From a virus (Duplodnaviria > Caudoviricetes), in the IMG/VR virus record IMGVR_UViG_3300042905_004154, positions 1,217 through 65,216 of that record: a stretch of DNA of 64,000 nucleotides; one strand, 5' to 3'. Position 1 is the stretch's first letter; every line of letters starts with the position of its first letter. Shown here one piece after another: positions 19,493 through 29,373 of this stretch. The notes beneath the pieces are model-generated. The model searched no databases. It saw only the letters and a list, made by a program, of their open reading frames with translations, and had not been told where the DNA came from. Position numbers and translations under genes: made by a program.

Positions 19493-20188
19493 ATGACTAC
19501 CACCTTCTTCCTTACCCCCTCCGGCGCCGTCACCTACGGCACCCCTCCCGACGGCGCCACCATCATCCCCTACGAGGGGGCCGCGCCGTTCTCCGGCCGC
19601 GTCGTTCTCGCGGCGGCGCTGGCCGTCATCCTCCGCCTGCAAGCCGAGTGGGTACCGACGCAGTGTGACGTGGTGCCTGCCGGGCGCCGGGCCGACCTGC
19701 GCGGAGCCAACCTGAGCGGGGCCGACCTGCGCTGGGCCGACCTGCGCTGGGCCGACCTGCGCGGGGCCGACCTGCGCGGAGCCAACCTGAGCGGGGCCGA
19801 CCTGAGCGGGGCCGACCTGAGCGGGGCCGACCTGAGCGAGGCGGTGGGCGTCGCCACTCCCGAAGAAGAGGAGGCCACCCTCACCGCCGCCATCGCCGCC
19901 ATCGCACGCGAGCCGGCGCTGTGGAATCAGGGCCTGTGGCACGATGCCGGTTACGATGCCGAAGCCGCCCCCGACGTCGGAGCGTGCGGGTCGGCCCACT
20001 GCCTCGCGGGCTGGATGCAGGCGCAGCTTCCCATCGGGCATGAGCTTCGCAAGGTTGATGCACAGTTGGCGGGGACGGCGCTCGCCCCTCGCGCCGCCTC
20101 CGCTGGGTGGTTCTCGTCGGATACGCATCCCGACCTCCAGGCTCGGGTGGACGCTGCGCGGGCGAAGTTGGCGGTGCCCCGTGGGTAA
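19493..20188 (+). CDS. Pentapeptide-repeat protein
   Basis: A(D/N)L(R/S)(G/W) repeats at ~19690-19840; C-terminal [10 protein letters not shown]. Confidence 0.85.
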   Translation: MTTTFFLTPSGAVTYGTPPDGATIIPYEGAAPFSGRVVLAAALAVILRLQAEWVPTQCDVVPAGRRADLRGANLSGADLRWADLRWADLRGADLRGANLSGADLSGADLSGADLSEAVGVATPEEEEATLTAAIAAIAREPALWNQGLWHDAGYDAEAAPDVGACGSAHCLAGWMQAQLPIGHELRKVDAQLAGTALAPRAASAGWFSSDTHPDLQARVDAARAKLAVPRG

Positions 20189-20957
20189 CCGCGTCACCGC
20201 CGAGGAGGCGCGGGGGTTGTTGGAAGCCGCCACGCCCGGCCCGTGGAGTTCTCGGGTGGCCGGGATGTCGGATCGAGTCCTCGCCGAGCCCGACGAGGAC
20301 GGCTACACGATCGTTTGTGCCCAGCCGGGCGGACGCCGAGGGGCATGGGGCTACAACGCCGCCCTCATCGCCGCCGCTCCCGACCTCGCGGCCACCGTCG
20401 TCGCCCTCGAAGCCGACCTCGCCGCCCTCCGCATCGAGCACGAGGCGCACGCGGTGCTGCTGTCGCTCGCGAGGCGCGACCGTGACGAGGCGCGGGCACG
20501 CATCGCCGTGCTGGAGGAGGAGCAGCGCCGCGACATCGCCGACGTGGAGCACTTCCGCACGATGGCGCGCGGCTACATGGATGAGCGTGACGAGGCGCGG
20601 GCCACGGTCAGCGCCTGCATGGGCGCTATCCCCGTCACCACCGTAGCCTTCGACGGCAACGTGCCGCTGTACATCCGGTCGTGCTTCGATGCCCACGATG
20701 CCACCATGCAGCGGTCTATCGACGGGGCTGCCGAGCGGATCGCGGAGCTGGTGGCCGAACGCGACGAGGCGCGGGCCGAGCGCGACCGCCTGCGCGACAT
20801 TCTCGCCAGCCTCGTTGACGATGAACCGTGCTGGTACGATCATCACGGCGGGTGTCAGGCGCACGGGTTTCTTAGCCTGAAGCGCGACGAGGTGTGCCCG
20901 ATGAAGGAGGCTCAGATGGTTGTAGCCGCCGACCTCGCCGCGAAGGCCACCCCATGA
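20181..20957 (+). CDS. Ead/Ea22-like coiled-coil protein
   Basis: ATPGPW...NAALIAAAP; ERDEARA repeats; C-terminal [12 protein letters not shown]. Confidence 0.6.
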   Translation: MGNRVTAEEARGLLEAATPGPWSSRVAGMSDRVLAEPDEDGYTIVCAQPGGRRGAWGYNAALIAAAPDLAATVVALEADLAALRIEHEAHAVLLSLARRDRDEARARIAVLEEEQRRDIADVEHFRTMARGYMDERDEARATVSACMGAIPVTTVAFDGNVPLYIRSCFDAHDATMQRSIDGAAERIAELVAERDEARAERDRLRDILASLVDDEPCWYDHHGGCQAHGFLSLKRDEVCPMKEAQMVVAADLAAKATP

Positions 20958-21265
20958 CGCCCCTGCCCTTCATCGTCAAAGGCACTCGAGTCCGCGCCCG
21001 CTGGTTCCAGCCGAAGCCGCTCGGCAGCTTCTCACTGGCCGGCTGCCAACTGAAAACCACCGGGTCGTTTGTTGAGATCGTCGGCACCTGTCGGCACTTT
21101 CGGGGTGACGACCCTGTGAGCCCGACGAAGGTTCGCGTGTACGTCGAGCCCGAGGGTGACGTGGCCGAGTACGTCGCGCGCCGCCGACCCCACGGCTGCA
21201 CCTGCGATGGGCACGAAGCACTGGTGGAGATGAATCCCGACCACATCGTTGAGGTGCTGCCATGA
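20954..21265 (+). CDS. Hypothetical protein
   Basis: ATGA-coupled; starts MTPL. Confidence 0.55.
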   Translation: MTPLPFIVKGTRVRARWFQPKPLGSFSLAGCQLKTTGSFVEIVGTCRHFRGDDPVSPTKVRVYVEPEGDVAEYVARRRPHGCTCDGHEALVEMNPDHIVEVLP

Positions 21266-21792
21266 CGCCCCTCGTGCTCACGGGCGCCATTCCTGGCCTC
21301 TTGCGTCGGGGGAGTCCGGTGCGCGTGCAACTCGCCTCCGACACCGAGATCGCGGGCGTCCATCAGTACGGCCGCGTCATGGTGCAGGATGGCGGATTGG
21401 CCGACATCTACGGCATCGGCACCGACAGCGAGGAGGTGGCGCCCGAGGAGGTGCGGCTCGACCTCACCGACCCGCTCGGCCTGCACACGGCGATCCTCTG
21501 GCTGCGCGAGCGGGGGCACAATCTTCGCTGGGCTGATGCGCGGCCGGATGTGATGACGTGGTCGGTGTTGAGTGTGTCGCGCGGCGGCGTACCCATTCAG
21601 GGCGTTCGCGCCGTGAGTGACCCGCCCGTGTACGTCAACGAGGCATGGCTGCTCAACGGCTACCCATTCGCCACCCGCGAGGAAGCCGATGCGGAACGCG
21701 CTCGCGTTCGGGCTCGGCTTCTCGAAGCCAACTACGCCCTGAAGAACGACGACGGCTCGCTCACCCTCCCCGCCCTTTCGGTGCTCCCATGA
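21262..21792 (+). CDS. Hypothetical protein
   Basis: ATGA-coupled; starts MTPL. Confidence 0.6.
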   Translation: MTPLVLTGAIPGLLRRGSPVRVQLASDTEIAGVHQYGRVMVQDGGLADIYGIGTDSEEVAPEEVRLDLTDPLGLHTAILWLRERGHNLRWADARPDVMTWSVLSVSRGGVPIQGVRAVSDPPVYVNEAWLLNGYPFATREEADAERARVRARLLEANYALKNDDGSLTLPALSVLP

Positions 21793-21995
21793 CGCCCCTG
21801 GTCCTCGACTCCTTCTCAGCGTGGGTAGCCGTCTACGACGCCGCCGTAGCCGCTCACGCCGCCGGCCTCGTCACCGGCACCCGCCCGTCGTGGGCCGACC
21901 TCGACCCCGACGAGCTCGTGAGCCGCAGCGAGCGCAACGCGATCGAGCAAATCGCACGACAGCGCGTCGAGGGCTACCAGCCCGCGGCGTACTGA
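21789..21995 (+). CDS. Hypothetical protein
   Basis: ATGA-coupled; starts MTPL. Confidence 0.5.
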   Translation: MTPLVLDSFSAWVAVYDAAVAAHAAGLVTGTRPSWADLDPDELVSRSERNAIEQIARQRVEGYQPAAY

Positions 21996-22107
21996 CCACA
22001 TCCCCATCAATCCCGATGGGGTCACGGGGGGCCGACTCGGTGCAGGGAAGGCCCCCCGTGTAACTCTCCCTTTAGTCTCCCACCCTCGACACCGATCAGG
22101 ACTGACC

Positions 22108-22479
22108 ATGACCATCACCAACCTCACCCACGACGCCCACGACACCGCCGTAAATCATGGCTGGTGGGATGGCTTCTACTCGCCGGGCCTGTTCGGCGAC
22201 CAGATCGACCGGGCCGCGGTGCTCGCGACGGTGCCGGAGAAGCTGTGCCTGATTCACTCCGAGGTGAGCGAGGCGCTGGAGGACTACCGCGTCGGCAAGC
22301 TGGTCACCACGCTCCGCGACGACGGCAAGCCCGAGGGCCTGCCCAGCGAGCTCGCCGACGTTGTGATCCGCATCGCCGACCTGTGCGGCGCGCTCGACAT
22401 CGACCTGCAAGCCGAGATCATCGCGAAGCTCGCATTCAACAAGACGCGCAGCCACCGCCACGGCGGGAAGGTCTGCTGA
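22108..22479 (+). CDS. MazG-like nucleotide pyrophosphohydrolase
   Basis: LIHSEVSEALE...ELADVVIRIAD...KLAFNKTRSHRHGGK. Confidence 0.85.
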   Translation: MTITNLTHDAHDTAVNHGWWDGFYSPGLFGDQIDRAAVLATVPEKLCLIHSEVSEALEDYRVGKLVTTLRDDGKPEGLPSELADVVIRIADLCGALDIDLQAEIIAKLAFNKTRSHRHGGKVC

Positions 22480-22907
22480 TGGCCCGCACCATCGAAGTCC
22501 GCCACGAAGGCGGCCTCGTCTACTGCGACGGCCTCGGCATGACCGCCGCGGAAGCCGACAGCCTCGCCCGCCTGCTGCAAGCCGCTGCGAGCGATGCCCG
22601 CGAGTGGCGCCACCGCGTCGAGCAGCGGGAGGCGCGAGCCGCTGAGATCGCGAGGCTGGAGGCGTCGGGACTGACGCACATCACGGAGGACGTGCGTTTC
22701 TACGCGCGCACCGCGACCTACTATGCTCGCCGCGCTGGCCTGCCGGTCGTCCTCAACAGCTTCGGCGAGACGCCCGCCAGTTGGCCGCTTCAGGTAGGCC
22801 CCGGCCCTGCGCTGGAGGCTCGCGTGTACGGCGGCCGTAAGTGGCGTCCGTTCGCGGAGCTGTCGACGCACCAGCACGTCAGCGCGTGGCGCGTGGTGAC
22901 GCCGTGA
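22479..22907 (+). CDS. Hypothetical protein
   Basis: TGATG-coupled to the MazG-like gene. Confidence 0.55.
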   Translation: MARTIEVRHEGGLVYCDGLGMTAAEADSLARLLQAAASDAREWRHRVEQREARAAEIARLEASGLTHITEDVRFYARTATYYARRAGLPVVLNSFGETPASWPLQVGPGPALEARVYGGRKWRPFAELSTHQHVSAWRVVTP

Positions 22908-23064
22908 TCGACCCCTTCGACCACGCCGTATCCGCCGCGCTCGCGGCTCTCGTAGCCGGGCGTGCGCCGTCGGTCGCGGAGATGGACCCGCGCGGGGAAA
23001 TGGACGTGTGCTTGCTCGTGCTCGCGGCGAGCAGGGCCAGGGATGAGCTCACCCGGAGCACGAC

Positions 23065-23502
23065 ATGAGCCAGGATCGCGAACTCGGCCGCCGATGGGTG
23101 GAGGCGCTGGGAGACAAGGCGTGGGCGCCGGGGATGCTATGTGCATGGGACGACTCGCCGCCTCGTCGCCTGAACGATGCGGAAGTCAAGTACGACCGAT
23201 GCCGGTTCGGCTGTGTGGACGGCTGGTACGAACGGCGCCCGTCAAACGGGGCGCCCGACCTCAACGACGGCGCGACCCTCGGCGCGATGCTGGCGATCGT
23301 GTGCAGGCTGGTGGACCCGATCGCGCACCTCGTGCCGACGTGGAGCACGCCCGCAGGTGACCTGACGTGGTGCGTCCTCTCCCGAGACGGGCGCCTACTC
23401 GGCTGCGGGCCAACGGGCGGCGCTGCCCTCGTCGCGGCGGCGGAAGCGTGGCGACGTGAGCTGACGGCGACCACCACCAACCGCGGCGACCACCGCGAGT
23501 AG
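23065..23502 (+). CDS. Hypothetical phage protein
   Basis: WAPGML...PDLNDGATLGAMLAIV; last gene of the rightward run. Confidence 0.55.
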   Translation: MSQDRELGRRWVEALGDKAWAPGMLCAWDDSPPRRLNDAEVKYDRCRFGCVDGWYERRPSNGAPDLNDGATLGAMLAIVCRLVDPIAHLVPTWSTPAGDLTWCVLSRDGRLLGCGPTGGAALVAAAEAWRRELTATTTNRGDHRE

Positions 23503-23503
23503 C

Positions 23504-23707
23504 CTACCCCTCCCCTCTGATCTCCCCCAGCGCCGCCCTCGCGCCCGCCAGCCGCCCCTCCTGCGCGGGCGTGCGCTTCGGCAGCGCCTCCAACCGCGCG
23601 ACCGTCGCCGTCCACTGACGCACGAGGCGAGCGCGGCGGATCGCAGGGTCGGGCGTGGGGATGAGCGCGACGACAGCGCCGACAAGGCCGACGATGGCGC
23701 CGATCAC
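23504..23707 (-). CDS. Small membrane protein (lysis region)
   Basis: N-terminal hydrophobic helix VIGAIVGLVGAVVALI. Confidence 0.45.
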   Translation of the reverse strand: MIGAIVGLVGAVVALIPTPDPAIRRARLVRQWTATVARLEALPKRTPAQEGRLAGARAALGEIRGEG

Positions 23708-23916
23708 TCGCCGGCCGTCGGTCGGCTGGTGCCGCTGGGTCGCCACGTCTCGCCGCCCACAAACGCGATGATCGCGCCGAGGGCGATGCTGACGTGCTCG
23801 GCTGGGACCGTGATGCCGAGGCGGATCGCGAGCCCTTCGCTCATCACGAATAGGACAGCGACGGCCAGCCACCGTTCACGGCGGCCGAGGGACGGGCGAG
23901 AGGGTAGTGCGTTCAT
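23704..23916 (-). CDS. Holin-like two-TM protein
   Basis: Two hydrophobic segments; downstream of the endolysin. Confidence 0.5.
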   Translation of the reverse strand: MNALPSRPSLGRRERWLAVAVLFVMSEGLAIRLGITVPAEHVSIALGAIIAFVGGETWRPSGTSRPTAGE

Positions 23917-24073
23917 CGGGTCACCGTGGAAGCGATGCGGTGGGGGGGCTTGCCGGGTAGCGTAAGCCGCGGCGCTCGCCACGACATCGGCCCCTGCTCC
24001 TCCGTGTAGAGCGAGAACGGCGGCACCCCGAGGCCGGTGGCCTGCTCCTCGCGAAGCTCGCGCTTGCGGCGGT

Positions 24074-24604
24074 TCATCCGTGCTCCAATGCCGACCACGC
24101 GGCGAGGCTCATGCGTTCCCACCCGCTCCCACCGCGGAACGGACCACCCACAGCGCGTTCCGTCGCCGGCCCCCACACGCCATCCGGCTCGACGCCCGCG
24201 GCCACCTGCGCGAGCCGAACGCGCTGCTTGACGGGCACCTGCACATGGGGGCAATCCACGAGGCCGGCCCACGCGCCGCCCCATTCCAGGCCATGCGCCA
24301 CCGCACACACGCCCCAGCGTGCCCACGCTGGATCGGACGCCTTCGCGACGTACTTCCCGCCGCGGAGCACCGCGACATCGGCCGCGAGCGCGGGAGCGAA
24401 CTGGTGCAGGCTCAGCCGGTTCACGCCGTCGGCTTTCGACCGGCCCTCCGCGAAATACTTGGCCTGCGTCGTGGTCGATCGCACCGACTCCACCAGCGCG
24501 ATTGTCTCGCCAGCGGGAGCCGACGCGCGCCAGTCTGCGAGCGCATCGGCCACGCGCTGCCGAAGGTAGGGATGCATCGCTTCGAGGTGCTCATGTTCCG
24601 TCAT
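24074..24604 (-). CDS. Endolysin, M15-family peptidase with short PG-binding tail
   Basis: ESVRS...Q, SLHQ..LAAD, LEWGGAW..DCPH; DGVWGPAT PG-binding motif; TGgTAGAAT -10 box 7 nt before ATG. Confidence 0.85.
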   Translation of the reverse strand: MTEHEHLEAMHPYLRQRVADALADWRASAPAGETIALVESVRSTTTQAKYFAEGRSKADGVNRLSLHQFAPALAADVAVLRGGKYVAKASDPAWARWGVCAVAHGLEWGGAWAGLVDCPHVQVPVKQRVRLAQVAAGVEPDGVWGPATERAVGGPFRGGSGWERMSLAAWSALEHG

Positions 24605-24696
24605 GGCCGCGATTCTACCACGGCCAACATTCTCTTGCACAGTGGGCCGATCGTGTGTTACCCGTGTGCTGTCCAATCAAGGACGTGGAGTCACCC

Positions 24697-25067
24697 ATGA
24701 TCGACATCGACAGCCTCACCCTCGGCGAGATCAAGCAGATCGCCGCCCTCACCGTTGCCCCCGTCGCCACCCAGCCCTTGGGCGACTACGCCCACCTCGT
24801 CGGAAAGGACGTGACGATCCGCCACCACCTCAGCGGCGTGTGGATGGGCCGCCTAAATCGCGAGACGGCGAACGTGCTCGCCATCACCGGTCGCCGCATC
24901 TACTACTGGAAGGCGATGGACGTGTCGGCGCTCGCCGTCGACGGCCCGAAGCCGGAGAGCAAGGCGACGGTGGAGACTACTGTGGTGCTGGAGCGGTCGA
25001 ATCTGGTCGAGGTCCACGCATCGACGCCCGCGGCGGTTGGGCGACTTGCCTCGCTGCCGGTGTCGGC

Positions 25068-25071
<4 letters not shown>
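24697..25071 (+). CDS. DUF6948-like phage protein
   Basis: IDSLTLGEIKQIAAL...VTIRHHLSGVWMGRL...RRIYYW...SALAVDG; followed by a Gly-rich ORF as is typical. Confidence 0.6.
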
Positions 25072-25336
<265 letters not shown>

Positions 25337-25340
<4 letters not shown>

Positions 25341-25486
25341 CGCGACATCACATCACCCTGAGCGCGCCCATCCTTGCGCGCGTGGCTGCGTTCCGCGAGG
25401 CCAACGGCATGGGCCTCGCGGAGGCCGTTCGCGTCCTGCTCGCCGAGGCGCTGGACGCGCGGGAACGACGGAGAGCGGCGCAGTAG
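25337..25486 (+). CDS. Small RHH-like protein (not in ORF track)
   Basis: MTRHHITLSAPILARVAAFREANGMGLAEAVRVLLAEALDARERRRAAQ*. Confidence 0.55.
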
Positions 25487-25727
25487 ACCTCGGGGGCGGT
25501 AGGTTGCGCCGCCCTGACGGCCTACCGCCTCGCCCCTGCCGCCCGTCGCCGCTCCACTCCCGGCGGTGGGCCGGGCCGGCGCCGCCGTTCGATCCGCGCA
25601 TCGCAAGAGCAGCCCGCCGGGCACACGCCGAGTAGCGCCAGTCGGATCGCGTCGGCCGTATCCGGCGGGCACGCCTCGCCCCGGTCGAGCGCGCACGCAA
25701 CGAGGTAGCTCAGCGCATGCGGTTGGA

Positions 25728-26144
25728 TCACGGCGATGCCCTCCCGAGTAGCCACGTCGCCAGCGTGGTGAGCGCCGTGCTCGCTACGCCAATGACGGCG
25801 AGCGCGACAGGCTGTGTCAAGACCTGCCGCGTGGTCGCGTGTCGCTCGGTGGCCTGCTTGGCCTCGAGGAGCAGGCGCGCTTCCCGGTCGGCCTCGGCGC
25901 GGGCGAGGTCGGCGAGGATGCTCGCCCGAATGTCGCGGCCGAGGGCATTGCTCGCGGCCATCGTCTCGGCCATCGAGAGGACCAGGGCTCGGAACGGGTC
26001 GGCCGACTGTAGCGCATCGACCCGCGCGAACAGGCTGTCTATCGCACGATCGAGCACCGCCGCCGATTCCGGCGCCACGCCTCGCACGGCGGCGAGCGCC
26101 GAGCGCACCGCGACGACATCGACCGACACCGCGGGGTCAGCCAC
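25728..26144 (-). CDS. Coiled-coil protein with C-terminal TM helix
   Basis: VALAVIGVASTALTTLATWLL; lysis/late region. Confidence 0.55.
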   Translation of the reverse strand: MADPAVSVDVVAVRSALAAVRGVAPESAAVLDRAIDSLFARVDALQSADPFRALVLSMAETMAASNALGRDIRASILADLARAEADREARLLLEAKQATERHATTRQVLTQPVALAVIGVASTALTTLATWLLGRASP

Positions 26145-26433
26145 GGTCCCCCCACACGGTCACAACCAGCAGCGAGAAGCCCACGGCGGCAGCGGCGAGC
26201 GCGAGCAGGGCCGGAGCGGGCATGACGGGATGGTATCGTTTTTTGCGTCTATTGTCTATGGCACCTGCACCTGCACGAGCGCGGTGCCCTTGTAGTATCG
26301 GATGCACCTGTCGCCGGATGCGCCGGCCTCCACCTTCACCTTGCCCTTCATCGTCACCAGTTCGAGCAGGAGATCGGCAGGCATGGTGACGCGCGTTGCG
26401 CCGAGTTCGGTAGCCACGGCTATGATCATGGCC

Positions 26434-27393
26434 TCAAGCATGGACGAGGCCCATTACGTCGCAGTCCGCCGCATCCGACCCGCCGATCGCGTACATCGAT
26501 CGCACGCCAGCGGTCAGGATGTTGAGGCGCTGCCGAGATCGCCCTGTCCTTCGGATGCCGCGGAGCTCCCCGACGAGGTTGTTCGTCGTGTTGTCGCGAT
26601 ACCACGAGGGAATCCGCGCCCACTTGCCGCTGTTGAGCACTCCCATTCCCGCCGCGCTGGAACTCCGCGTAAACTCCCGCACGAGTTGGAGCGAGGTGCT
26701 GGTGCCGGGCTGGAGATACCATGCGTGCGCGCTTCCGTTGCCCGTGTTGTGCCCCCACCACGAGGTGCCCGACGCCTCGAAGCTGGTAAGGATGGCTGTT
26801 GATCCGCTCGTCACGATTCCGTACACGCGACCATCGCTCTCAGCGTCGAGGGAGTCGCTACTGTAGGGGTCGAGCGTGATCGTGCAGAAGCCGTACCAGC
26901 TTGAAGCGCCGACGCGGGCCATGACGCAGATTTGCTCGGCGCATTCGTACACGCAGACGAGGCCGGTGCTGCTGCACGCCGCTGACGCGCGATTGTAGGG
27001 CACGAAGTTGATCCCCGCTCCGAGCGGGTCGCTTCCGCCCGTGCCGTCCCACGTCGTGAGCGTGCCGCCGTTGCTGGAGCACAAGACGTGCAGGGCGTTG
27101 GAGAGGTAGGTGTCGGGGGACTTCATCAGCGGGGTGCGTGCCCCGTTGAACCCGGCCACGATGACCTTGGAGTTGCAGCCGCTTCCGCTCGGCGGGGAGA
27201 GCACACAACGGTCCGTCGGTGCGCCGCCCTTGGTGCTCGACCACGCCCGCCCGGTCCCCGCCGTGCGTGCGCTGCCATCCTCGTAGGTGGTGGCGCCGAG
27301 CGCGGTGTGGATGGCGTCGAGGTAGTTCTCGACGTTCGCCGCGGAGACGGTGACATCTGCGATGCGCCGCCATGTGAGGGTCGTAAGGGGCAT
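26434..27393 (-). CDS. Putative virion/tail structural protein
   Basis: G/S/T-rich beta-type composition; late operon position. Confidence 0.6.
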   Translation of the reverse strand: MPLTTLTWRRIADVTVSAANVENYLDAIHTALGATTYEDGSARTAGTGRAWSSTKGGAPTDRCVLSPPSGSGCNSKVIVAGFNGARTPLMKSPDTYLSNALHVLCSSNGGTLTTWDGTGGSDPLGAGINFVPYNRASAACSSTGLVCVYECAEQICVMARVGASSWYGFCTITLDPYSSDSLDAESDGRVYGIVTSGSTAILTSFEASGTSWWGHNTGNGSAHAWYLQPGTSTSLQLVREFTRSSSAAGMGVLNSGKWARIPSWYRDNTTNNLVGELRGIRRTGRSRQRLNILTAGVRSMYAIGGSDAADCDVMGLVHA

Positions 27394-27396
27394 GTT

Positions 27397-28089
27397 CTAC
27401 GCCTGCGTGACGGTTGAGATTACGTCCATCGAGGACAGGTCGAACGCCTGAGCGTCGAACGCGAACACGGAGAGCGACACGCTGAGCGCGGTCCATACAA
27501 CCACGCCGCCCACTACGACGGGCACGGTCCCCTCGGCGCCGACCGGCAACCGAGTAGGGACACCGCCCCGGCGGATCAAGATGTCCTCGTTCGTCGTGAG
27601 CGCCGACTCCAGCATGTACTGCGTGTGCGGGTCGCCGGCCGCGACGTGAGCCGCGATGCCCGCGGCCGAGGTGCCGACTGCGTCTGCCCCCACGCTCGCC
27701 GCCGTGGGCGCCGTCGGGCTCCCATGGGTGTGGTCCTGGCGCGCGTAGTTCGTGCTCACGCCCACCGCAGGCGCGATACCGTAGGTCGTCTCGCTCGTGA
27801 CCGACACCGCAGGGGTGCCGCTTCCACCGGCCTGCCACGACACGCCCAGTGCCGCCGTCGAGTCGGCCGTGAGCACCTGGCCGTTGCTGCCGACGGGGAT
27901 GCGCGCGTTGACGGTGGAGAAGCCCCACAGGTCGCCCTTCGTCGTCAGAACGGACGCCCACCCCTCGAGGTTCACCGTCGACAGGTCCGTGTGTTGGACC
28001 GTCAGGAACCCGCTGGCCGCGTCGTTGAAGAGCAGCAGGTAGCCGTTCGGTGGCGCTGACGGTGTGTCAACGGAGGGCAGGTAGCGCAT
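27397..28089 (-). CDS. Putative tail fibre protein
   Basis: TTKGDL...RIPVGSNGQVLTADS; ARQDHTH; HVAAGDPHTQY fibre-type motifs. Confidence 0.7.
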   Translation of the reverse strand: MRYLPSVDTPSAPPNGYLLLFNDAASGFLTVQHTDLSTVNLEGWASVLTTKGDLWGFSTVNARIPVGSNGQVLTADSTAALGVSWQAGGSGTPAVSVTSETTYGIAPAVGVSTNYARQDHTHGSPTAPTAASVGADAVGTSAAGIAAHVAAGDPHTQYMLESALTTNEDILIRRGGVPTRLPVGAEGTVPVVVGGVVVWTALSVSLSVFAFDAQAFDLSSMDVISTVTQA

Positions 28090-28095
28090 GGCTCC

Positions 28096-28482
28096 CTACG
28101 CGAGAATCTCGAACGAGAGGACGTAGCTTGCGGTGTTGTCGGCGCCCGCATCCCATCCGCCCACGAGGTAGACGTTGCCGTTCGCGTCGGTGAAGTCCAC
28201 CGCATCGGCAGGCGCGGACGGGTTCACGTCGATCAGGCTGGCGACACCGGTAGCCGACCCCAGCCACACCTTGTTGACCGACGTGGACGCCGCGCCCGTC
28301 AGGTTCACAATGTACGGGGTGAGGTTCGCCGCAGTACCGGCCACCCGCTTGACCTTGACACGGCGCAGGCGGAACTTGACCTGCGATGTGCCGAGCGCGA
28401 TCGTCGTCTCGGTCGACGCACCGCTGGCTGCGGTGGTGCCGACCTTGAACGTGACCTGGGTGCGAGAGACGACGCTGGACAT
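28096..28482 (-). CDS. Putative structural protein
   Basis: Beta-rich 128 aa ORF in late operon. Confidence 0.6.
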   Translation of the reverse strand: MSSVVSRTQVTFKVGTTAASGASTETTIALGTSQVKFRLRRVKVKRVAGTAANLTPYIVNLTGAASTSVNKVWLGSATGVASLIDVNPSAPADAVDFTDANGNVYLVGGWDAGADNTASYVLSFEILA

Positions 28483-29097
28483 TTACGGCACCCGCACGCC
28501 GAACACGGTGATGACGGCGGCGTTGTTTCCGCCCGCGCGAACGGTCACGAAGCGAATGGTGGCGGCCGCCGAGACAGTCCAGAAGGCATCATCGATGGTG
28601 GCCGCGCGAGCCGTTCCGGTGTCCGTGGCGTTGTTCATCGCATCGGTGATGGCGTTGCCGCCGGTGCCGTTGTGCATCGCGATCGAGTTGCCGGCGTTGC
28701 CGGCGCCGCCGGTCTTGGTGTAGACCACCTCAGTGACGCGGAACTTGTAGGGCACGCCGGTGAAGTCTTGGTTGCCAGAGGCTGCGTCCGCGATGGCGAA
28801 CTGCATGACCACCGGGATGCCGACCATCGCCGCGGTCATCGCGCCGGCGGCCGCGGTGGTGGTGTCCTTCGCGACGAGCGCGGAGAGGGTGTTGGCCACG
28901 ACCATCGCCTCGGTGACCTTTCCGGCCCCGATGGTGACGGCGCCCGATGCCGCGATGCTCACGTCGCCGCTGACGCTCTTCCACAGCGGGGAGGACGTGG
29001 CGCCCTGCGCGACGAGCACCTGCCCGGAGGTGGAGCCCTGAAGCGCGAGGGCGCTCACGGCGGCGGGCTTGATCATGCTGCGGCGGATGTTGGCCAT
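28483..29097 (-). CDS. Putative fibre/structural protein
   Basis: GQVLVAQG...VSGDVSIAASGAVTIGAGKVT fibre-like repeats. Confidence 0.6.
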   Translation of the reverse strand: MANIRRSMIKPAAVSALALQGSTSGQVLVAQGATSSPLWKSVSGDVSIAASGAVTIGAGKVTEAMVVANTLSALVAKDTTTAAAGAMTAAMVGIPVVMQFAIADAASGNQDFTGVPYKFRVTEVVYTKTGGAGNAGNSIAMHNGTGGNAITDAMNNATDTGTARAATIDDAFWTVSAAATIRFVTVRAGGNNAAVITVFGVRVP

Positions 29098-29181
29098 GGT
29101 CGGATTCCCCTTACCCGCCGAGCATACCCGAACGGTGGTCGACAGGTGGCAACATAGTGGCGTTTCCGCTATCCTGTTGGC

Positions 29182-29370
29182 ATGGTGGAGCGGAACTACC
29201 GCCGTGGCGAGGACCACGGGAACTCACGCCTCGACGCCGACCAGGTACGGCAGATTCGGGAGGACGCCGCCGCCCACTTTCCCCTTCGCCAGCTCGCCCT
29301 CCGCCACTACGTCAGCCACACCACCATTCAGATGATCGTGAAGCGGAGGACGTGGCGGCACGTTGAGTAG
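29182..29370 (+). CDS. Stand-alone HTH resembling the C-terminal DNA-binding domain of phage HNH endonucleases
   Basis: RGEDHGNSRLDADQVRQIR...LALRHYVSHTTIQMIVKRRTWRHV; TATCCT 6 nt before ATG. Confidence 0.65.
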   Translation: MVERNYRRGEDHGNSRLDADQVRQIREDAAAHFPLRQLALRHYVSHTTIQMIVKRRTWRHVE

Positions 29371-29373
29371 GCG

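Noticed and set aside
19690-19840. 15-bp DNA repeat array
   Set aside because: Fully explained by pentapeptide-repeat coding
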